Of a stretch of 64,000 nucleotides of DNA, positions 12,051 through 25,525 are shown piece by piece. This stretch comes from Octopus vulgaris. Lineage: Eukaryota. The notes under the pieces are model-generated. The model saw only the letters and a program-made list of their open reading frames with translations, made no database searches and had not been told where the DNA came from. The stretch lies in assembly GCA_951406725.2 (NCBI GenBank), contig OX597817.1, positions 171,616,001 to 171,680,000 on the forward strand. The letters are read 5' to 3'. A program made the position numbers and the translations under genes. Every line of letters begins with the position of its first letter. Positions within the stretch are counted from its first letter, which is position 1.

Positions 12051-12902
12051 AGCCTGTTTGTGTGTATGTGTGTATGTGTGCTATCTATGTATATATATGT
12101 GTGTGTAATTTTGAGTGAGTGTATATTTGTCTACTTGGCTTGACATCACAGGATAGGTGTAAATGAATGTTATTGTCAAACAGTCTCCCATGAAAGCATC
12201 CCTGGATGTGGCAAAATGTTTTGCATACAATAGAAACAAGTGAAGGTTGGTGACAGGAAGGTGTCTGGCTATAGAAAATCTGCATCAATAAATTTCGTCC
12301 AATCCAAGCAAGCATAGAAAAGTGGATGTTAAAACAAAGGTGATGCTGAGGATGCTAAAATGTAGCATCCAAATCAATGAAAAGCTGATCCTTAGCTTTA
12401 GTTTTATAGATACATAATGAAACAGGATGTTATAGGAATTACTTCTTTGATAGAATGACAGCCTGTTATGAGTTTCTGGGAACAACACAAATGATCTGGG
12501 CTGTTGCCAGCATCTAATAGAATGTAGAATAAAGCCTGTGTTCAGAAACTCACAAGCAAAACATTTGTAATAGATTTGATCTCATAACCATTAAGTCATA
12601 ATTTTATCCATGTAACACATTTGTATTGATGACATGTAAAAGCACCCAAGCCAGTGACACTTAAAAAGCACCCACTATACTCTTGGAGTGGTTGGCATTA
12701 AGTAGGACATCAAGCTGTAGAAAGCAAGTCAAAGTCAGACTGAATCCTGCAGCAGCTTTCTGGTTGGCCAGTTCCAGTCAAACTATCTAACCCATGCCAG
12801 CATGGAGAGCAGACGTTAAATGGTGATGATGATGATGATAATGATGATGATGATGATAATCATCATCATCATCATCTCATCTGTATTATACATGAACAAT
12901 GA

Positions 12903-12986
12903 AAGTGTCTTCTACTATAGCCTCGGGCTGACCAAAATCTTGTGAGTGGATTTGGTAAATGGAAACTGAAAGAAGTCCTTTGTGTG

Positions 12987-13023
<37 letters not shown>

Positions 13024-13430
13024 AGAATTCACAAAAAAACAAAAGACGAAGGCAGGTGGTGTAGACAACAAACAGATGTATTAGTATAACGCTCAGGAAT
13101 TGCAAAGTCTTTAACATTTCAAGCGTATGCTCTTCCACAGAAAAGAACACAGAAAGAAACAAGGAGAGAAAATAAAGAATGTGTAGTGGCTATATATATA
13201 TATATATGTAGATGTGTATGTTTGTGTGTCTATGTTTGTCCTTCCACCATCGCTTGACAACCAATGTTGGTGTGTCTACATCCCCGTAACTTAGCAGTTC
13301 GGTAAAAGGGACCGATAGAATAAGTACTAGGCTTACAAAGAATAAGTCCTGGGGTCGATTTGCTCGACTAAAGGCGGTGCTCTAGCATGGCCACAGGCAA
13401 ATGACTGAAACAGGTAAAATAAAAGAATAA
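12903..13430 (+). mobile_element. SINE family A (5' truncated), split at its internal (TA)n by a Penelope-like piece
   Basis: Family A body 12903-13020 and 13191-13430. Confidence 0.8.
13021..13190 (-). mobile_element. Penelope-like terminal fragment with hammerhead-like core
   Basis: Minus strand tctttt-CTGTGGA-a-gagc-atac-gctt-GAAA-tgtt-aaaga; homologous to 33710-33885, 27365-27600 and 53770-53860. Confidence 0.55.
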
Positions 13431-13476
13431 ACGTATACATAGAAATGTGTGTGTTGTTTGTATGCATTTGTATGCT

Positions 13477-13629
<153 letters not shown>

Positions 13630-13669
13630 ATATATGGATATATGGATATATATATATAAATATGGATAT

Positions 13670-13963
13670 ATTAAAAAGCACTATCCGACTCGTGGCCGAT
13701 GCCAGCGCCGCCTCGACTGGCTTCCGTGCCGGTGGCACGTAAATTGCACCAATCCGACCGTGGCCGTTGCCAGCTTCGCCTGGCACCTGTGCGGGTGGCA
13801 CGTAAAAAGCACCCACTACACTCACGGAGTGGTTGGCGTTACGAAGGGCATCCAGCTGTAGAAACATTGCCAGATAAGACTGGAGCCTGGTGCAGCCTTC
13901 TGGCTTCCCAGATCCCCGGTTGAACCGTCCAACCCATGCTAGCATGGAGAACGGACGTTAAAC

Positions 13964-13994
<31 letters not shown>

Positions 13995-13995
13995 G
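13670..13995 (+). mobile_element. SINE-like family D
   Basis: CpG-rich copy ending ggacgttaaac(gat)n. Confidence 0.85.
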
Positions 13996-15061
13996 TGTAA
14001 CATTGTGTTAATTAGTAAGAGCACCAAAGAAAAAGAAAAGTACATCTTGCAAAAAATAAATACACAAGATTTAAATCTAAGCTACTATTATGATTGTCAG
14101 TTGAGCTTGTATGGCATCTCATGTACTCTCAGACTATCTTTCAGACTTCCATACACATATATGATTTAAATACACAGATAAAAACAAAAAAAAGAAAGAA
14201 GAAAATGAATGTGAGGATGTGCACAAGAAGTGCATTAGCTTGACGCTTGGTGAAAGGAGTGAGTTTAACATTTTGAGCATAGCTCTTCTTCGATAAGGAG
14301 AAAGGGAAAAGTTCAAAGAAGCAGAAGAAATTGCCAATGGACCATGTGTAGTTATATATAGAGATATAGACAGGGATATATATTAAACATTTCTTAAAGT
14401 TTTTAATATACACACACCTACTTTTTTCTTGCTTAGTTATGATTTATGTAAGAAGGAATTCTCAGAAGCATGACTTTATAGAACAGATTGTAATATAGCC
14501 ATAATGTGTGTTAAAACCAATTCTGAGTGATCATGGATGAATTTAGCCTTGAGAAGTCAATAAAATACACCAGTAATGTACTACAATAAGCAGCTGTTTA
14601 AAATAAAGGTTAAAATTATATCTACTTCCATCTCCGATCTGAATCTCAACGAATAAACAAATAAAAAAAATGAAAATAAAATAATAATAATAATCATAAA
14701 ATAACTAAATAAAAATGGGGGAAAAAAGCTCGAATCAACAGAATTGTTGCCCATCTAGTATAGCAAAAAAATAAATAAAAAATAAAAACAAAAATAAAAA
14801 CAAAAATAAAAGGAAGTAAGTTGAACAAAGAACTAAATAAAAATAGTTCTATTCAGTTATTTTATGGCTTTTTTCTGAATCTTTGTTAATGGTGTCTGAA
14901 CTGCTTATTAAATTTGATATGGCAGAGTAGAATGTCTAATAAATCCGTTTTGAAGTATTGTTGTGTGTGTGTGTGTGTGTGTGTGTAGTATGTATGTGTG
15001 TGTGTGTGTTTCTACATAGCACAAAATTTAAGTAGTTCACAACTCTATAAATACATACCGA

Positions 15062-15126
<65 letters not shown>

Positions 15127-15132
15127 TAGTAA

Positions 15133-15690
15133 ATGCCCTGATGCAGTACCAGGCACTGGTTCTCATGGCTTCTGATCTTAACTGATTGGAAGTGTTATCA
15201 TGAACATTGTTTTGTCTTGGTATAAAAGATGGGCTACAGTAAATATTCTGCTCAATACCACAGATTTGCTTGTCAATTGTTTGACCTTAACTAGTTGAGC
15301 ATGTCCTTTGGTGACTGACGATATGTGCATCTCTGATCACGAGCAGAAGTAGTGGGGGAGCATCATAGCCATGTGTTGAGAGGGGTTCTTTGGAGTTTGA
15401 ATAATTCACCTCTGGAAACATCAGTGTTTCGTTCAACATCCTTAAACAACCCTTATTCAAGAACCGTTTGAGTGGGATGAGCTACTCGACCTGAAGAAAA
15501 TTCTAACTGGGCCCCACCTGCAAGGTCATGCACTTTTTATCTTGATATGAAATCACCATATAACACACATATGGTTGTGATGCATGTGCCTGGTGTACCC
15601 TTATCAAATGGGTAGTCACGATGGGTATATTGGGCTTCGTATATTTGTACCTCAGTGTCACTTTGATAGTAAGCACTGCTCTCTCACTCA
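15133..15690. mobile_element. Unclassified ~560-bp interspersed element embedded in (AAT)n (family F)
   Basis: Colinear homology with 31561-32092; both copies are bounded by AAT repeats. Confidence 0.75.
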
Positions 15691-16289
15691 ATAAGAATAA
15701 TAACAATCCTTTCTATTATAGGCACAAAGCCTGAAATTTTGGGGTAGAGGGTTAGTTGATTACATTATTTTATCAATCCTAAAAGTATGAAAGGCTAAGT
15801 TGACCTTGGCAGAATTTCAACTCAGAATGTACAGAGAAGCAAAATACCACTAACATTTTGTCTAGAGTACTAATGATTCTGCCAGCTCATCACCTTAAAA
15901 ATAATAGTAATAATAATAATAATGCCTACATTTTCATGCTTGCATGGGTCTGTATGAGGAAGAGTTTCCTCTGACTAGATGCCCTGCCTGATGCCAACCC
16001 CGCCTGTTTCCAAGTGAGGTAATGATCTGCCAGTGTGTCAAATAAATAAACAATCCTGACACACATATATAGAAAACTGAAAACGAATGATATTGAAATG
16101 AGTCAGGACATTCTTTTGTGGTGGACTGCTGGCAAAAGACATATGTGAACATATGTGTAGATGTGAAAGAGAATTCAAACTAAGTCTCTCAAACACTCAC
16201 AGACACACAAAGACATACACACATTCACATACATACATACATACGTACATACATGCATACATGCATGCATACATACATGCATGCATACA

Positions 16290-16320
<31 letters not shown>

Positions 16321-16798
16321 GTGCTTGCATATGTATGTACATACATACATTCAAGGACTACAGATCCAATTCATCACTGGAAGTGTAAAAATCTGTAAAA
16401 CTTTCCAGACGTTTAGCATTTAAATATATATGAGCGTGTCTAGATATGCAGCTACATGCATGAAAATACACACATAAAACAAAATATACAGATCTGCACA
16501 TATACATACATTCCTACATACATACCTACATACATACACACATACATACATACATACATACCTATCTACATACATATGTACATACATCCACACATACATA
16601 CATGCATACATACATATGTACACATGTACGTACATATATACATAATACATACACATATACATAGACATACATACACATCCACATACATACATACATACAT
16701 ACACATACATACATACACATATGATGGGTTGTTTTCAGTTTATGTCAAACAAATCCACCCAGAAAGCTTATGTCATGTCAGGGCTATAATAAAAGTGT

Positions 16799-17186
16799 GG
16801 AGGCGCAATGGCCCAGTGGTTAGGACAGCGGACTCGCAGTCATAGGATCACGGTTTCGATTCCCAGACCAGGTGTTGTGAGTGTTTATTGAGCGAAAACA
16901 CCTAAAAGCTCCACGAGGCTCCGGCAGGGGATGGTGGTGATCCCTGCTGTACTCTTTCACCACAACTTTCTCTCACTCTTACTTCCTGTTGCTGTTGTAC
17001 CTGTATTTCAAGGGGCCGGCCTTGTCACTCTCTGTGTCACGCTGAATATCCCCGAGAACTACGTTAAGGGTACACGTGTCTGTGGAGTGCTCAGCCACTT
17101 ACACGTTAATTTCACGAGCAGGCTGTTCCGTTGATTCGGATCAACCGGAACCCTCGTCGTCGTAACCGACGGAGTGCTTCTCTCTC
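16799..17186 (+). mobile_element. tRNA-derived SINE (head B), 13-bp TSD, nested in an old family A copy
   Basis: A-box tggcccagtgg, B-box ggtttcgattcc; TSD ataataaaagtgt at 16786-16798 and 17187-17199. Confidence 0.9.
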
Positions 17187-17298
17187 ATAATAAAAGTGTC
17201 TTGCCCAAGGTGCCAATAATTCTAACAGTCATTTCTGCTATAGGCACAATGCCTGAGATTTTGGGCGAAGTAAGTATCTTTACCACAAAGCCATATCA

Positions 17299-17345
<47 letters not shown>

Positions 17346-17892
17346 GACAATGATGATGATGACAATGATGATGGTGGTGATGACTTTTTTCGTTAACATT
17401 TTTAATAATGATTATATTAATATAATCAAAGTAAAATGGAAGTGAAGAAGGAAATCAAGAAACAAAACCGTCAAAAAAACTTCTCTAATTACAAAAAAAA
17501 AAATAAGAAAAAAGAAATTAAAAATCCCCCGAACCCTTCCAGGCTCCACTAAAATGTTCTATGTGTAGGCATCTTTGTAGATGTGAATTTTTGAATTTGC
17601 ACCTCTACATCCACTACACACCAAGGTAGACTAAACATATCCAATAGCTTTGTCTGCTAGTTACTGATAAGAATAGGCACACTTTCACTCTCTCTCTCTC
17701 TCTCTCTCTCTGTTTCTCTCTCTCTCTGTTTCTTTGTCTCAATCACTCTTTCACTCTCTCTTCCCAGTCCATTCACTACTCTTTTTTTTTTTTTTTTAGC
17801 TTTTACTAATAATAAATTTATTGATAGATACTAATGAATATTATTTAGCCAATGTGACCAATTAACAACAATAGCAGAAACCAAATGCTGAG

Positions 17893-17928
<36 letters not shown>

Positions 17929-17944
17929 AATGGGTAAGGAAAAA

Positions 17945-17983
<39 letters not shown>

Positions 17984-18115
17984 GAGAAGACAGAACGCCA
18001 CCACCCCCCCCAGGATTGTTATCGATTATCTTTAGTAATTCACAAATACAACATTGATCTCTATCTCATTCACTGACTAAATTCTTTTTTTTAAATGTGT
18101 ATGTGTGTGCATGTA

Positions 18116-18160
<45 letters not shown>

Positions 18161-18485
18161 ATGTGTTGTATTACTGCTGCACAGCATTTTCTTCCACCCC
18201 TTTTTATTTATATATATATATCTTGTATATATTAAGATATAGTCACACATGTGCGCTTGTTAAAGTACTACTCATTGCATACACAGTATATTGGCCAAGT
18301 ATGGACAAGACTAATCCTTATTTGTTCCTTCTTTGATCCTCATACTAGTCAGGTGGTCTAATACATAGCAGACCAAGGATATCATTTTTGCTAGTCGGAC
18401 TACTGCAGTGTAAGGGAAAACATCTGGCTCAAGCATGTAGCCATCCAGATATACACCCAGATATCTACCATACAATGATACTGAT

Positions 18486-18895
18486 AGGCACAGGAGTGGC
18501 TGTGTGGTAAGTAGCTTGATTACCAACCACATGGTTCCGGGTTCAGTCCCACTGCGTGGCATCTTGGGCAAGTGTCTTCTACTATAACCTCGGGCCAACC
18601 AAAGCCTTGTGAGTTGATTAGGTAGACGGAAACTGAAAGAAGCCCGTCGTATATATGTATATATATATATGTGTGTGTGTGCATGTTTGTGTGTCTGTGT
18701 TTGTCCCCCTAGCATTGCTTGACAACCGATGCTGGTGTGTTTACGTCGCCGTCACTTAGCGGTTTGGCAAAAGAGACCGATAGAATAAGTACTGGGCTTA
18801 CAAAGAATAAGTCCCGGGGTCGATTTGCTCGACTAAAGGCAGTGCTCCAGCATGGCCACAGTCAAATGACTGAAACAAGTAAAAGAGTAAAAGAG
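18486..18895 (+). mobile_element. tRNA-derived SINE family A, full length
   Basis: A-box tggctgtgtgg, B-box ggttcagtccc, CORE-like cttgggcaagtg, internal (TA)/(TG) tract, (agtaaaag)n tail. Confidence 0.9.
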
Positions 18896-18913
18896 TATAT
18901 ATATACATATATA

Positions 18914-18949
<36 letters not shown>

Positions 18950-19443
18950 CCTATCTATCTATGTATCTATGTATGTATGTATGTATGTATCTATCTATCT
19001 ATATATATATATATATATATCTGTCTGTCTATCAACTTCTGTCTCATCTTCTACCCTTTTCCACATCTCTAACTTGCTCTCCCTTTCACTCTCTCCTCAT
19101 CCTCATTCTCTCTCTCCAATTTTTTCTCTCCACAACTAGAAACTGAAAGAAGCCTGTCGAATGTAAATATATGTATATATATGTAAATATATATTGAGTG
19201 TGTCTTTGTGTCTGTGTTTGTCCCTACATCACTGCTTGACAACCAGTGTTGGTTTGTGTATGTCCCTATAACTTAGCGATTCAGCGAAAGTGACTGATAA
19301 AATAAGTACCAGACTTAAAAAGTAAATCCTGGGGTCAAATTGTTTGACAAAAAAAAAACACTTCAATGTGGTACTCCAACATGGCCACAGTCAAATGACT
19401 AAAATAAAAGAATAAAAGAATATATATATATATATATATATAT

Positions 19444-19852
19444 GAGTGGCTGTGTGGTAAGTAGCTTGCTTACCAACCACATGGTTCCGGGTTCAGTCCC
19501 CACTGCGTGGCATCTTGGGCAAGTGTTTTCTGCTATAGCTCCGGGCCGACCAATGCCTTGTGAGTGGATTTGGTAGACGGAAACTGAAAGAAGCCTTCGT
19601 ATATATATATATATATATATAAGTGAGTGTGTATATGTTTGTGTATCTGTGTCTGTGTCCCCCTAGCATTGCTTGACAACAGATGCTGGTGTGTTTACGT
19701 CCCCGTCACTTAGCAGTTCGACAAAAAGAGACCGATAGAATAAGTACTGGGCTTACAAAAAGAATAAGTCCCGGGGTCGAGTTGCTCGACTAAGGGCGGT
19801 GCTCCAGCATGGCCGCAGTCAAATGACTGAAACAAGTAAAAGAGTAAAAGAG
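19444..19852 (+). mobile_element. tRNA-derived SINE family A
   Basis: Same structure as 18486-18895. Confidence 0.9.
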
Positions 19853-20470
19853 TATATATATACATATATATCTGTCTCTCTGTCTGTCTGTCTATCTATC
19901 TATCTACCTATCTATCTATCTATGTATGTATGTATGTAAGAATCTATGTATGTATGATTCATCTATCTATCTATATATATATATATATATATCTGTCTCA
20001 TCTATCAACTTCTGTCTCATTCTCTCTCACCCTTTTCCACATCTCTAACTATGCTCTCCCTTTCATTCTCTCACCCTCTCATTCTCTCTCTCTCCTCATC
20101 CTCATTCTCTCTCTCCAATTTTTTCTCTCCACAACTAGAACACCCTATTCAAGTCATACCGCCATATCCAATTAATGTACGCTTCTTTTACATCATCTCA
20201 TTAACATCATTCCCTCCCACACTTCCTCTCGTATCTTTATTAATCAGTTCTGATGCTATTGTCACCCAAGACATTCTTCATTATTCCTTTGTGATTTGAC
20301 TCCTAAGCTTCAAGGATGCTAAAAAGCTGATGCCGTTCATTCGTAATCCAGTTTAAAAAATCACAATCGTTTCAAGTACTCAACAATTGTATGTTGAATG
20401 ATATCAAAGTTACCATTGATTTTTTCTGCCCTTTCTTTCTTTCTTCTTCATCTATTTTGTTTTGTAACAG

Positions 20471-20540
20471 GTATTTGCCCTTGTCAACCCACTGAATAGG
20501 ACAATTTATATTATTGATCCCGGTTATGCTGTGGAAAGAT
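20471..20540 (+). other. Candidate 70-nt internal exon
   Basis: Polypyrimidine tract of about 45 nt ending taacag, donor AT|gtgagt; only frame 0 is open: VFALVNPLNRTIYIIDPGYAVER. Confidence 0.5.
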
Positions 20541-20932
20541 GTGAGTACAAACGGTTGAAACGAAGATAGTCTTCAAAGAGAAAAATATAGTGTATGTATG
20601 AGTGCGTGTATTTGTGTCTGTGTTTGTTCCCCCCACCCCGTTTGACAACCAGTGTTGGTGTGTTTATATCCCCGTAACTTAGTGATTCAGCAAGAGAGAT
20701 CAATAGGATAAGTACCAGAGAATAAGTACCAAAAGAAAGAAAAGTACTGGGGTTCAATTCATTCGACTAAAAATTCTTCAAGGCAATGCTCCAGCATGGC
20801 TGCAGTCTAATGACTGAAACAAGTAAAAGATAGTACTTATTCAGGGATGTTAACAAACCAACACCGGTTATCAAGCAGTGTGCTCAGACGACAAATCCAA
20901 ACATAGCAACACAGACACACATAATTATATAT

Positions 20933-21237
20933 CACGTGATCACGTGACCGACCAGACCATCAGATGTTGCTACACATCTCTGGTCACAATGCGTTCGCAT
21001 TGTTTTAGCCTTTGAATGACGCCACCCCGCTGGCTAAGCGAGCAGGCCAACAGAAGAAAGAGTGGGAGAAAGAGTGGTGAAAGAGTACAGCAGGGATCAC
21101 CACCATCCCCTGCCAGAGCCTCGTGGAGCTTTTAGGTGTTTTCGCTCAATAAACACTCACAACGCCCGGTCTGGGAATCAAAACCGCGATCCTCCGACCG
21201 CGAGTCCGCTGCCCTAACCACTGGGCCATTGCGCCTC
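20933..21237 (-). mobile_element. tRNA-derived SINE (head B, RTE-like tail), 15-bp TSD
   Basis: TSD cacataattatatat at 20918-20932 and 21238-21252; head homologous to 16799; tail tgtgaccag-gatgt...ctggtcggtcacgtgatcacgtga. Confidence 0.9.
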
Positions 21238-21545
21238 CACATAATTATATATATGGATATAAAAAGCAGGCTTCCACACAGTTTCCACCTTCAAAATTCG
21301 TTCACAAGGTATTGGTCAGCTCAGGGCTATACCAAAAAATTCTTGCCCAAAGTGCCATGTAGCAAGACAGAGCCCAAAGCCATGAGATTGCAAAGTGATT
21401 CTCTTCACCACACAGCCATACAAAATCAATATATTAGTATTATTACTGCCTCAAATTTTCAGTGAGTTTCACATTTCATTCCAATGTACTATTTAATTTC
21501 TGACTATTTTCACTTTATCACAATTCTTTCCCCCAAAATCTATCT

Positions 21546-21960
21546 CTTTACTCTTTTACTCTGTTACTTGTTTCAGTCATTTGACTGCGGCCATGCTGGA
21601 GCACCGCCTTTAGTCGAGCAAATCGACCCCGGGACTTATTCTTTGTAAGCCCAGTACTTATTCTATCGGTCTCTTTTTGCCGAACTGCTAAGTGGCGGGG
21701 ACGTAGACACACCAGCATCGGTTGTCAAGCAATGCTAGGGGGACAAACACAGACACACAAACACACACACATATATATATATATATATACATATATACGA
21801 CGGGCTTCTTTCAGTTTCCGTCTACCAAATCCACTCACAAGGCATTGGTTGGCCCGGGGCTATAGCAGAAGACACTTGCCCAAGATGCCACGCAGTGGGA
21901 CTGAACCCGCAACCATGTGGTTGGTTAGCAAGCTACTTACCACACAGCCACTCCTGCGCC
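21546..21960 (-). mobile_element. tRNA-derived SINE family A, full length
   Basis: Reverse complement of the family A consensus. Confidence 0.9.
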
Positions 21961-22248
21961 TGGACTTTTATAGATCTTTTATAGTTCAAATTGTCTTACA
22001 TTATGTTGTTATCAACACATCACATTTCTCATATGTCAGTTTCATTTACGAAACAGGATTTCCGTAATGCGCTATTTACAGAAATATTCAAATGTAATAA
22101 TGACAATGGCTCAGCATAGCTGTGAGGTGGAGATGCTACTGGACGGTGCCAAATAGCACAAAGTTAGCAGCTGAGCTGTGGTTTTGGTGCCGTATGATGT
22201 GGACGCCATGAACGGATTGGCCAGATTAGCATTTATATGTCATAGCTT

Positions 22249-22471
22249 CCCTTTAGTGTTCAGATTATTCAATCAAACATAATGCCTATTGATTCCCATT
22301 GATTTGAATTAATCATGCATTATCTCATATCTTCAAGATCTTGATGGTGTAATTACTTAATGTAGAATAACATTGTAGGGTAGGTGTGAGAGCCTGGATC
22401 TGGTCAGTTTGAACATAAAACAGATTAAATATTTTGGCCGGATATGGCCGGTTTAAATACTAAAAGGTTAA
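22249..22471. mobile_element. piggyBac-like MITE
   Basis: ccctttagtgtt ... aatactaaaaggttaa; inverted relative to 47675-47893. Confidence 0.65.
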
Positions 22472-23697
22472 GTAGGCCACCCTCCAATCTTGCTGTGCCA
22501 AGTGGATGAACTTTTGACACCAGGAATTGACAGTCTTGAGAGTAGCATTATGCAGAATACACTGTCTTGTGGTAAGTGTAATTCTTGCAGCAGGCTGATG
22601 ATGGGAGCCAGTGAATGAAGAACCAGTTTAAAAGGCATTGACTGAGAACTGTCCCAAAACTGATGACTGAGGCAGTTTCTTGTGAAAGAAGTCATGAGGT
22701 GGGAGGAGGGGGTGTATTTCAACCTGAAAGGGCAAAGAAAGAGAGAAAGTAAAAGAGAAAGAAAGAGAGAAAGAAAGAGAGTGAGAGAAAGAAGAAGAAG
22801 AAGAAGAAGAAGAAGGAGGAGGAGGAGGTGGAGAAGACCACTACCACCACTACCATCACCACCAAAAACAACAGCAGCAGCAGCAACAACATCAAGGATT
22901 TGTTTAAAACCGATTTTGAAATGACAGCTAATGTTTGCACAAAGATTATGCAAATTTCATAATTTAAAAAAATTTTTTAATATTTTTTTTGTTTTTGTTT
23001 TGTAAATATATTTTCTGCCAGAAAACAAGCTCTGTTTCAAGTTGAAAAAAAAAAAAACCAAAAAAAAAAAAAAAAAAAAAAAAAAGCAAAAAAACCCCAA
23101 AATTAATTGTTTTTTCAGAGAATTAGAAAAAAAAAATCCTTGTTTCCTACAGCCCACACGATTCATAAACAAGCACCACACCAGAAATATTCCATTCGTT
23201 AATAGTTTATATGATAAATTGTAACAAACACTTCCAGATCATGAAAATGAAATGATGAATACAAAGAGGAAGTGATAACTATTAGAGCAATTTTCAAATA
23301 ACAGTTATCGAATAGTTCGTTATACTTCGTTACCACCCAAACACACTCCATCATTACTCTTTTAGCCATTTCTAACTTTCATCGGAGTTTGCTGTTCTTT
23401 TCATCCCTTCTCCACCTCCCTCCCAGCTTTTCTTTATTTTTGCCTTCTCTCTCAGTATTAGAGGGAGTATTGGCTAATACATATACACATGATACATACA
23501 TATACATACATATACATACATACATACATACATATTTATATATATAACATACATATGTATACATGCATACATATATATATATCTATATATACATATACAT
23601 ATATACATACACACATATATATATATGATCATATATGTATATGTATACATATACACATATATATGTATATATATGTTTGTGTATATATATGCATGTG

Positions 23698-23733
<36 letters not shown>

Positions 23734-23737
23734 TATA

Positions 23738-23768
<31 letters not shown>

Positions 23769-24078
23769 ATGTATTATGTGTGTATGTATATCCAATACTG
23801 ACTGTAATACTGTGTATGTAATATATATTATTATTATTATTATTATTATTATTATCATTTTTATTTATATATGTATAATATAACAATAAGAGAACAGGAT
23901 AATGTGTTGTAATATAATTTTTTTTAAAAATGGTATGTGAATGTGCATATATGGGTGTATATGTGCATCTGTGTATATTTGTAGACACTATAACATACAT
24001 GCACTACAATGTGAATTTATGTAAATTTTACAAGTCATACATAGAATGCACATATACATATATATACATGTGTGTGTA

Positions 24079-24126
<48 letters not shown>

Positions 24127-24346
24127 TATATATATGTGTCTGTGTGTGTGTATACAGAGAGAGAGAGAGAGAGATAATAAATTGTTTTTAATAGTGAACC
24201 TGATGTAGATAAAGCAGTAAATAAAAGCGTGTAGGATATTAAGTTAAAAAATCCCTTTTAATGGAAAAAAAACGTCTCTCAATGTTTCTGAATCTTATGT
24301 AAATAATACACACATACACATATGTATATATATATGTATATATATA

Positions 24347-24480
<134 letters not shown>

Positions 24481-24700
24481 GATGAGTTGTTAGTAATGTT
24501 AATAATAGTAGATTAGTAGATACAAAACCAATGTTAACTTTCTGGATGATGGTTATATATTGTAATCAGGAATACACTACTTAACAGAATATATGTAGAT
24601 ATATAGGTCTGTGTGTGTGAGTAAAGCAATGAGGTGGCATCTATATGGTTGTTGGATCCACTGCTGCAAACAGCAACCAAGTTTATTTCAAACTATATCC

Positions 24701-25110
24701 GCGCAGGAGTGGCTGTGTGGTAAGTAGCTTGCTAACCAACCACATGGTTCCGGGTTCAGTCCCACTGCGTGGCATCTTGGGCAAGTGTTTTCTGCTATAG
24801 CCCCGGGCCGACCAATGCCTTGTGAGTGGATTTGGTAGACAGAAACTGAAAGAAGCCTGTCGTATATATGTATATATATATATATGTGTGTGTGAATATG
24901 TTTGTGTGTCTGTGTTTGTTCCCCTAGCATTGCTTGACAACCGATGGTGGTGTGTCTACGTCCCCGTCACTTAGCGGTTCGGCAAAAGAGACCGATAGAA
25001 TAAGTACTGGGCTTACAAAGAATAAGTCCCGAGGTCGATTTGCTCGACTAAAGGCGGTGCTCCAGCATGGCCACAGTCAAATGACTGAAACAAATAAGAG
25101 AGCAAAAGAG
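24701..25110 (+). mobile_element. tRNA-derived SINE family A, full length
   Basis: Family A consensus. Confidence 0.9.
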
Positions 25111-25213
25111 TATCCCTACATATATACTATACATTGTTAATATACCTGCTTGCATAACATATATAACCTACTTCAGGTAATGTTATGCAATATATGTTAT
25201 ACAAATCATGCAC

Positions 25214-25245
<32 letters not shown>

Positions 25246-25468
25246 GCAATTAAGGACAACTACTTAATAAGGAAAACTTAACAAGAAATTGTCAGGTAGA
25301 TAGCGTGAAAACCTCATAAGAGAAAAAATTTCGAAAATAATTATTTCTTATTGAACATATTAATTTATATATAGAGGGCATTATACATACATGCCAGAGG
25401 GCATTATACATACATGCCACACGCTAAGAGGGACAATTAGTCATTTCTACCAAAAATATTTTTGGTAG

Positions 25469-25525
<57 letters not shown>

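Noticed and set aside
16799-16870. tRNA gene (also 34688, 41815 and SINE A heads)
   Set aside because: A/B boxes are present, but there is no complete cloverleaf and each continues into a SINE body, several with TSDs
20471-20540. DEAH helicase exon (IYIIDPGY resembles YVIDPGF)
   Set aside because: The preceding IAETSLTI motif is absent and no other helicase exons were found
22194-22228. SECIS element paired with a spliced T|GA codon
   Set aside because: ATGA..AA..GA is present, but helix II does not pair adequately and there is no selenoprotein-like context
22655-22700. Hammerhead candidate ctgatga...gaaa (and ctgatgag at ~42252)
   Set aside because: Stem II is not adjacent to GAAA and no stems I/III form
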